IMG/VR virus record: IMGVR_UViG_2740892121_000006
Span: 1 to 40,095 of that record
From: a virus
Taxonomy: Duplodnaviria; Heunggongvirae; Uroviricota; Caudoviricetes
Length of the DNA: 40,095 nucleotides
Reading direction: 5' to 3' (one strand)
Shown here: positions 34,352-40,095 of the stretch, one piece after another
How the letters are laid out: each line of letters begins with the position of its first letter
Numbering within the stretch: the first letter of the stretch is position 1
The notes under the pieces: model-generated
What the model was told of the DNA's origin: nothing
Database searches by the model: none
The model's input: the letters and a program-made list of their open reading frames with translations, nothing else
Made by a program: the position numbers and the translations under genes

Positions 34352-34936
34352 ATGAAAAGTATCCAGGACGTCCGCAGGCAAAATCTCAACGACTTGATCG
34401 ACCGTGAATTCAATGGTGTTCAGACGCGGATGGCAGAAAAACTTGGAACTCAGGCAAATCTGGTAAACCGCTGGGCTCTTGGCAAGAAGGTTATCGGCGA
34501 CCAGGTTGCGCGAAAAATTGAAGCTGCCGCCAATAAACCACGTAACTGGCTTGATATCGATCGCTCGCTTTCTCAGGAAGGTTTTCAGCCTGTCGGCCCA
34601 AGCGACATTGGTCAGCTGGCGGCTCACAACCTGGAACGCTGGATGAGCGAAAGCCGCGACCTTTCAACTCAGGGAAAACTTCACCGCGCATCCGGCGTCG
34701 CCCAGGTGACAATCAGCCGCCTGTTAAACAATGAGGTCAGTGTTTCCATTTCCACCCTGGAGAATGTTGCATCAGCATTCGGGCGTCACGGCTATGAATT
34801 ACTGATTCACCCGCACGACCCTGCGACCATCAACTATGACCGCTCGCGCTACGCATTGTTACCCGAAACCGAGAAAGCAAAGATCGAAAGTTACATTGAA
34901 TTTGTCATCAACCAGAACGAAAAAAACAAACAATAA
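34352..34936 (+). CDS. CI-like repressor with two tandem HTH (XRE-type) domains, no S24 peptidase domain
   Basis: HTH-like segments at residues about 25-65 and 105-150; no Ala-Gly/Ser-Lys protease signature; divergent from cro-like gene. Confidence 0.65.
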   Translation: MKSIQDVRRQNLNDLIDREFNGVQTRMAEKLGTQANLVNRWALGKKVIGDQVARKIEAAANKPRNWLDIDRSLSQEGFQPVGPSDIGQLAAHNLERWMSESRDLSTQGKLHRASGVAQVTISRLLNNEVSVSISTLENVASAFGRHGYELLIHPHDPATINYDRSRYALLPETEKAKIESYIEFVINQNEKNKQ

Positions 34937-34956
34937 AATCATATTTTTCAGTAAGT

Positions 34957-34980
34957 AAGCCGCCTTCTGGCGGCTTTTTT
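34957..34980 (+). terminator. Rho-independent terminator after repressor gene
   Basis: AAGCCGCC-TTCT-GGCGGCTT followed by TTTT. Confidence 0.7.
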
Positions 34981-34992
34981 ATTGCCTATACT

Positions 34993-35009
34993 ATTACCTA
35001 ATGGGTAAT
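34993..35009. promoter_or_regulatory. 17-bp palindrome (candidate operator) upstream of -35
   Basis: ATTACCTAATGGGTAAT, perfect arms. Confidence 0.5.
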
Positions 35010-35027
35010 TTTTTTAACTCATATCTA

Positions 35028-35056
35028 TTGACATCAAACCAAATACGCATAATTAT
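35028..35056 (+). promoter_or_regulatory. PL-like sigma70 promoter
   Basis: TTGACA (35028-35033), 17-bp spacer, AATTAT (35051-35056); flanked by two palindrome sites. Confidence 0.5.
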
Positions 35057-35071
35057 TACCTCAACGGTAAC
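35055..35071. promoter_or_regulatory. 17-bp palindrome (candidate operator) overlapping -10/+1
   Basis: ATTACCTCAACGGTAAC. Confidence 0.5.
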
Positions 35072-35089
35072 AGACCGAGGTAACAAGTT

Positions 35090-35242
35090 ATGCAGTGGAA
35101 AATCATCAACGGTTGGTACTGCGTTACTGCATGCGGATTCATGAGCTGGAAGTTCCGCACCTTACAGGAAGGCATTAAGTGGGCTTTCGTCAGCAAAGAA
35201 TCTCGCGATGTGGCCAACGATAACGAGATATGGGAGGGCTGA
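35090..35242 (+). CDS. Small ORF (50 aa), first gene after PL-like promoter
   Basis: SD GAGGT 8 nt upstream of ATG; Trp/Cys-rich product MQWKIINGWYCVTACGF...; below ORF-track cutoff. Confidence 0.3.
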   Translation: MQWKIINGWYCVTACGFMSWKFRTLQEGIKWAFVSKESRDVANDNEIWEG

Positions 35243-35244
35243 TA

Positions 35245-35544
35245 ATGAACGTTAATCAGCAGAAAAATCTTCAAAAAATCATGCTGGCATTCGACAAGGA
35301 CTACCGCCTGTCAGAACAGCTATATGACCGACAAGTTGAACTGATCGAGAGCATCCGGCTTCATCAACTGGCCTCAACTTTCGACGCTGTAACAGGTAAA
35401 GGCGTTCGCCAGGAAGTACTGGAGGCCGCTAAAGACAGTCCAGAGTTCGAAGAACTGATGGATTCCTACCGGCGAGAGGCAATGGCAATTATCGCCCGCT
35501 GGGATCTGGCTGATCAGCTTGATGGGCAGAGGGACGCGGCATGA
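35245..35544 (+). CDS. Hypothetical early protein (99 aa)
   Basis: SD GGGAGGG 7 nt upstream of ATG 35245; ATGA coupling to exonuclease gene. Confidence 0.5.
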   Translation: MNVNQQKNLQKIMLAFDKDYRLSEQLYDRQVELIESIRLHQLASTFDAVTGKGVRQEVLEAAKDSPEFEELMDSYRREAMAIIARWDLADQLDGQRDAA

Positions 35545-36362
35545 AACCGGGAATTTATTTCGACATCAGCAACGAAGACTACCACGCCGGTGACGGCGTG
35601 AGTAAGTCGCAACTGGACATGGTTGCCAAGAATCCGGCGCTTCTTAAATGGGTTCAGGCAGCACCAGAAGACGAAGAGAAAAAGTCTGCACTGGATATGG
35701 GAACCGCATTGCACTGTCTGCTTCTGGAGCCTGGAGAGTTCGACAAACGCTTCATTGTTTCACCGAAATTCGAACGTCGGACGAAACAAGGTAAAGCTGA
35801 CGAAGAGGCATTTCTTCGTGATATTGCGGATATGGGGATTTCGGTACTTGATGCAGAGCAGTGGCGGAAACTGGAGCTGATGCGTGATAGCGCAATGGCT
35901 CACCCGGCGGCACGCTGGATGTTGGAAGCACCTGGTTACTGCGAAGCATCAATGTACTGGAACGATGAAGAGACGGGGGAGTTGTGCCGAATTCGTCCAG
36001 ACAAATGGCTGAACGAGCACAACGTGATCGTCGACGTGAAAAAGGTTGCAGATATGGACCGTTTTGCACGCCACATCGAGGAATTCCGCTACCACGTGCA
36101 GGACGCAATGTACCGCGAAGGCGCAATGAGGGTTACTGGTCAGCCGCATGGTTTTTTCTTTCTTGCCGTGAGCGAAAGCATTGATTGTGGTCGGTATCCG
36201 GTACGCGTGTTCGAGCTGGATGCGCAGGATGTCGATGCCGGGCACGCTCTGTTCCGCCGGGATCTGAATACCTATCACGAATGCCGCATCAATGATGAAT
36301 GGGGCGGTGTGGAAATCATTAAACGCCCTGAGTGGGCACGCAAACAGGATATGTACATATGA
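35541..36362 (+). CDS. PD-(D/E)XK exonuclease (RecE/YqaJ-like recombination exonuclease)
   Basis: Acidic/Lys motif RPDKW...VIVDVKKV; immediately upstream of and coupled (ATGA) to RecT. Confidence 0.6.
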   Translation: MKPGIYFDISNEDYHAGDGVSKSQLDMVAKNPALLKWVQAAPEDEEKKSALDMGTALHCLLLEPGEFDKRFIVSPKFERRTKQGKADEEAFLRDIADMGISVLDAEQWRKLELMRDSAMAHPAARWMLEAPGYCEASMYWNDEETGELCRIRPDKWLNEHNVIVDVKKVADMDRFARHIEEFRYHVQDAMYREGAMRVTGQPHGFFFLAVSESIDCGRYPVRVFELDAQDVDAGHALFRRDLNTYHECRINDEWGGVEIIKRPEWARKQDMYI

Positions 36363-37300
36363 GCAACGACATCGCAAACATCAACGCACCAGTAGACACA
36401 GCAATCGCTGGAACTGCTGCAACTATTTTCAGCCCAGACGGCTTGAACCAACTGATGAAATTCGCCGAGGTAATGGCGCAAAGCCGCGTAACGGTACCGG
36501 CGCACCTCGCCGGGAAACCAGCTGATTGCATGGCCGTGGCAATGCAGGCTGCGCAGTGGGGAATGAACCCGTTTGCCGTGGCTCAGAAAACCCATGTTGT
36601 GAACGGCACGCTAGGTTATGAAGCCCAATTAGTAAACGCAGTTATCTCAACGATGTCGCCAACAAAAGATCGCATCAACTACGAGTGGTTCGGGCCGTGG
36701 GAACGCGTGATCGGTAAGTTTGTTGAGAAAACATCCAAAAACGGCAATCCATATATCGCACCAGGCTGGACTCTAAAAGACGAAGAAGGCTGCGGTGTTC
36801 GCGTATGGGCAACCATGAAGGGCGAGGATCAACCTCGAGTGCTTGAGTTAATGCTGTCTCAAGCACAGGTAAGAAACTCCACACTTTGGGCCAGTGATCC
36901 GAAACAACAACTCGCATACCTTGCGACAAAACGCTGGTCTCGCTTGCACTGTCCTGACGTAATCATGGGCGTCTACACCCCTGACGAATTACAGGAAACG
37001 GCACCGCGCGTTGAGCGAGACATTACTCCGCAAACGACCACTGCTGCGGGAATGAACAGTCTGATCAACGCTAAACCAGTGAAAAAGCCTGATGAGCAAA
37101 CGCGTAAAGCGGATAGCCGTGATCCAGAAGAAATGCTGATGGCCTTTACCAGCGCAGCGATGAATTACAGCACTGTCTCCGAACTGGATAAGGCTTACAA
37201 ATACATTGAACAGAAACTTTCAGATGATGACGAACTGCTGGCAAAAGCCACCGACGTTTACAGCGTTCGTCGGGAAGAATTAAACGAAACATCTATGTAA
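36359..37300 (+). CDS. recT: RecT-family single-strand annealing recombinase
   Basis: Characteristic RecT-like core (LGYEAQLVNAVIS..., WASDPKQQLAYLATKRWSRL); paired with exonuclease. Confidence 0.75.
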   Translation: MSNDIANINAPVDTAIAGTAATIFSPDGLNQLMKFAEVMAQSRVTVPAHLAGKPADCMAVAMQAAQWGMNPFAVAQKTHVVNGTLGYEAQLVNAVISTMSPTKDRINYEWFGPWERVIGKFVEKTSKNGNPYIAPGWTLKDEEGCGVRVWATMKGEDQPRVLELMLSQAQVRNSTLWASDPKQQLAYLATKRWSRLHCPDVIMGVYTPDELQETAPRVERDITPQTTTAAGMNSLINAKPVKKPDEQTRKADSRDPEEMLMAFTSAAMNYSTVSELDKAYKYIEQKLSDDDELLAKATDVYSVRREELNETSM

Positions 37301-37349
37301 CCACCACCGCGGCGCCACGCGCGCCGCACTGCAACCAAGAGAGGTATTT

Positions 37350-37598
37350 ATGAAAGGTGCATTAGGTAAGAAGGAACTCCTGGCGGTGGTGCCACTGTCA
37401 TGGAGCACTATCGACCGTATGGAGCGCGCAGGGGAATTTCCTAAACGCTGGTATATCACTGACAAACGCTGCGCATGGAACCGTGACGAAGTTGAGCGTT
37501 GGCTTGATGAACGTCAGGCAGCAAGCCCGGCAGAGTTCCAGGGTAAAAAGCCTCCTGTTCAGCAACGTGTATATCGTCCTGTGAGCAACGCTGCATGA
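37350..37598 (+). CDS. AlpA-family DNA-binding protein / excisionase-like
   Basis: LSWSTIDRMERAGEFPKRWYITDKRCAWNRDEVERWL matches AlpA/Xis-type HTH pattern. Confidence 0.6.
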   Translation: MKGALGKKELLAVVPLSWSTIDRMERAGEFPKRWYITDKRCAWNRDEVERWLDERQAASPAEFQGKKPPVQQRVYRPVSNAA

Positions 37599-37707
37599 GT
37601 GCGCTGCTAAGGCACTGGAGCAAATGGTCAGGATGGTACTTATTCCTGGCCTCTGTTTCAGCATGGCTTTATCTGCTGGCATTAATTTTCAGAGAGGGTT
37701 GGATTAA

Positions 37708-38007
37708 GTGAGAAAGTTAAGCCGACTTGAAAAATATCACATGAACAAGGTTTCAATGCGCCGTCCTTCAAAGGTTATCGCCGTTACTCCTGCGGCGATA
37801 GAGTTCGAAAAACGCGCGATTGAAAGAGAGAAAAAAGGGCAGTTCCGCATTGCCGCCCACCTTTGGCTTCAGTGTATGGATGTTGCTTCTGGTGATGTTG
37901 AGCGTGCAAGGATCGCGGTTCGCAGGGACCAATGTATCACAAAAGGTAACGGCCTTCGCCGTGGAGACTATAGCGGTATAGGATGTTGCGGGGTGGTTTA
38001 TGACTAA
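37708..38007 (+). CDS. Hypothetical protein (99 aa)
   Basis: Track ORF from GTG; alternative ATG starts at 37741/37756; overlaps methyltransferase start. Confidence 0.35.
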   Translation: MRKLSRLEKYHMNKVSMRRPSKVIAVTPAAIEFEKRAIEREKKGQFRIAAHLWLQCMDVASGDVERARIAVRRDQCITKGNGLRRGDYSGIGCCGVVYD

Positions 38008-38650
38008 GAAATACACGCTAATCTATGCAGATCCACCATGGGTATACCGGGACAAAGCCGCAGATGGTAATCGCGGTGCCGGTTTTAAATATCCAGTTAT
38101 GAGTGTGCTGGATATCTGCCGCCTTCCTGTGTGGGATTTGGCCGCTGAAAACTGTCTGTTGGCCATGTGGTGGGTGCCAACACAACCACTCGAAGCACTA
38201 AAAGTTGTTGAAGCCTGGGGATTTCGTCTTATGACCATGAAGGGCTTCACGTGGATAAAATGTGGTAGTCGACAACCAGATAAACTGGTTATGGGTATGG
38301 GACACATGACTCGCGCCAATAGTGAAGATTGCCTGTTTGCGGTAAAGGGAAAACTACCTCCGCGCATTAATGCAGGGATCGTTCAGTCATTTACCGCACC
38401 GCGGCTTGAGCACTCAAGAAAACCAGATGTCGTTCGTGAAAAACTTGTGCAATTGTTAGGCGATGTTTCTCGCATTGAACTGTTCGCCCGCCAGTCGTCT
38501 CATGGCTTCGATGTTTGGGGTAATCAGTGCGAAGACTCGGCAGTGCAACTACACCCTGGATACGCGTTGGATATTGGCGGATTAACAAATGCATTCAGCA
38601 ATTCTCCGCTGTCACCAACAGACAACCAGGGGCGGGAGCGTGCTGCATGA
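38000..38650 (+). CDS. MT-A70 family N6-adenine DNA methyltransferase (orphan)
   Basis: N-terminal catalytic motif YADPPW; no adjacent restriction endonuclease gene. Confidence 0.8.
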   Translation: MTKKYTLIYADPPWVYRDKAADGNRGAGFKYPVMSVLDICRLPVWDLAAENCLLAMWWVPTQPLEALKVVEAWGFRLMTMKGFTWIKCGSRQPDKLVMGMGHMTRANSEDCLFAVKGKLPPRINAGIVQSFTAPRLEHSRKPDVVREKLVQLLGDVSRIELFARQSSHGFDVWGNQCEDSAVQLHPGYALDIGGLTNAFSNSPLSPTDNQGRERAA

Positions 38651-38841
38651 ACATGGCATCACCAGCAGATTTAAGAAAATGCCTTGAAACTGCAAACATG
38701 CTTGCACACAGCGGGATCAGGTTTGTTCCAATTCCCGCTGTCACTGATGCTGAATTTGCAACACTGTCAGCAATATTCGAAAACAAAATTGAATCACTGG
38801 CAGCAGAAGCAGAGATGGAAGAAAATCAGCAGAACTATTAA
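38647..38841 (+). CDS. Small acidic hypothetical protein (64 aa)
   Basis: ATGA overlap with methyltransferase stop; ATG 38647. Confidence 0.4.
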   Translation: MNMASPADLRKCLETANMLAHSGIRFVPIPAVTDAEFATLSAIFENKIESLAAEAEMEENQQNY

Positions 38842-38844
38842 ACG

Positions 38845-40095
38845 TTATTCCCCCGCCATCCACTTCTCAAACTTCGACGGGGAGAACGGAATCAGATCCG
38901 TATGCTCCCCGTTAATCCAGGAATCAATCATATCGGCCCACTGCTGCAACATGTAGGCGCGCTGTCTGGCGTATTCCGCTTTGTTATATACGGCGCGCAC
39001 ACCTTTCTGCTCATGTGCCAGAGCCTTTTCAATCCAGTCTGAAGGATAACCAGCCTCATGCAACAACGTACTGGCTGTACGGCGCATATCGTGTACGGTG
39101 AAGCCCTGAATATGCTCACCATCTTCATTTATTATTTTCACCGTTCTGTCGATCAGAGAGTTCAGCGCGGCATTAGATAATGGCTTCCGGAAATTGTAAC
39201 GACCAGGAACCAGATATTCACTTCCACCAGCGCACATCTGCAACCCAACCAATATATCCTGTGCCTGTTTAGGCAGGTAAATAACGTGCGCCCGGCTTCC
39301 CTTCATGCGGTCTGAAGGAATTGTCCATGTCCATTTTTTAAAATCTATTTCATCCCACGTTGCATTGGTGAATTCGCCTTTACGAACCATAGTGATAAGC
39401 ACCAGCTTTAAAGCCATTTTCATAGTGCCCATAGCACCAATGGCATCCAGCGTGCGGAAGAACAGACCAATTTCTTCTGGTGTCAGTGTTCGCTCTCGTG
39501 GTTTAAATATGGCGATAGACGAAGGTTTAATGTCAGCCGCAGGATTAAACAAACCATGACCACGGTCATTGGCATGACGGTATACGCTGCTGATGATCTC
39601 CCTGGCCTGCACTGCTGTTGCCCGGCCGCCGCGTTCGACAATCCGGTCACACAAATCACGAACCATCGATGTGGTAATTTCAGTCATCATTTTGTTGCCA
39701 AGAACCGGAAGTATGTCACGGTCGATCACCACCTGCTTCATTGCGCGGGTACTGTCAGCCAGGATGACATGTTTCATATAACTGTCGGTATGTACCGCAA
39801 ACGTCTCGGCACCACGAATCTTTTTGATACCGTCACGTTTAGCCGCAGCCGGTGACTGGCCTGCTTTAAGCAGCTTCTTTGCAGCAATCAGTTCTTCTCG
39901 CGCTTCTGCCAGGCTGATACCGTCACGCCCATACTGCCCGATTACCAGTGTTTCGCGGCGACCGTTGATACGGTAGTCATAGCGAAACGAGACCGTGCCT
40001 GACGTAAGCACAGCTACATACAGCCCGTCACGATCGGAGACCTTGTACAGTTTGTCCTGCGGCTTGAGGTTTTTTAATTTTGTATCGGTAAGCAC
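38845..40095 (-). CDS. int: Tyrosine integrase (phage integrase family), 5' end at or beyond window edge
   Basis: N-terminal LTDTKLKNLKP...GLYVAV SAM-like domain, C-terminal catalytic region with HDMRRT and tyrosine-bearing tail; ORF reaches last base of window. Confidence 0.85.
   Translation of the reverse strand: MLTDTKLKNLKPQDKLYKVSDRDGLYVAVLTSGTVSFRYDYRINGRRETLVIGQYGRDGISLAEAREELIAAKKLLKAGQSPAAAKRDGIKKIRGAETFAVHTDSYMKHVILADSTRAMKQVVIDRDILPVLGNKMMTEITTSMVRDLCDRIVERGGRATAVQAREIISSVYRHANDRGHGLFNPAADIKPSSIAIFKPRERTLTPEEIGLFFRTLDAIGAMGTMKMALKLVLITMVRKGEFTNATWDEIDFKKWTWTIPSDRMKGSRAHVIYLPKQAQDILVGLQMCAGGSEYLVPGRYNFRKPLSNAALNSLIDRTVKIINEDGEHIQGFTVHDMRRTASTLLHEAGYPSDWIEKALAHEQKGVRAVYNKAEYARQRAYMLQQWADMIDSWINGEHTDLIPFSPSKFEKWMAGE

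Larger units (their letters stand above)
1141..40095. mobile_element. Integrated temperate phage (prophage), right end truncated by window
   Basis: Contiguous lysis, tailspike, structural, packaging, replication, immunity, recombination and integrase genes; left limit placed at terminator after host-like genes; no att repeat identifiable inside window. Confidence 0.8.

Noticed and set aside
1-40095. CRISPR array, insertion sequence/transposase, retron or diversity-generating element
   Set aside because: No regularly spaced direct repeats, no transposase-like or reverse-transcriptase-like ORF, and no terminal inverted repeats bracketing a gene were seen.

Overview
The window is almost entirely one integrated temperate phage (about 1.1 kb to the window end at 40.1 kb; the integrase N-terminus and the attachment site run off the right edge), next to two host-like envelope genes (1-1071). 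Read on the minus strand from the immunity region the order is: Cro-like -> replication (lambda P-like helicase loader) -> nuclease-rich nin-like region -> terminase small/large -> portal, scaffold, capsid -> tail tube and large internal ejection proteins in T7-like order -> tailspike with C-terminal S74 chaperone -> holin-like proteins, GH19-type endolysin, embedded Rz/Rz1. On the plus strand: a CI-like repressor with two HTH domains and no S24 protease domain, then a PL-like operon with a RecE-like exonuclease, RecT, an AlpA-like excisionase, an MT-A70 adenine methyltransferase, ending at a tyrosine integrase. Opposite-strand moron islands interrupt the late operon: a tRNA-Arg(UCU) island, two antirepressor-like genes (one behind a canonical LexA box), and several small operons of unknown function. 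A 17-bp palindrome ATTACC-N5-GGTAAT recurs at 11 promoter-proximal positions. The best candidates for an undescribed system are a translationally coupled two-gene operon (6091-7114) and a head-to-head gene pair (9440-10342). All calls come from reading the translated ORFs and motifs by eye; no database search or computation was run, so family names are recognition-based and unverified.
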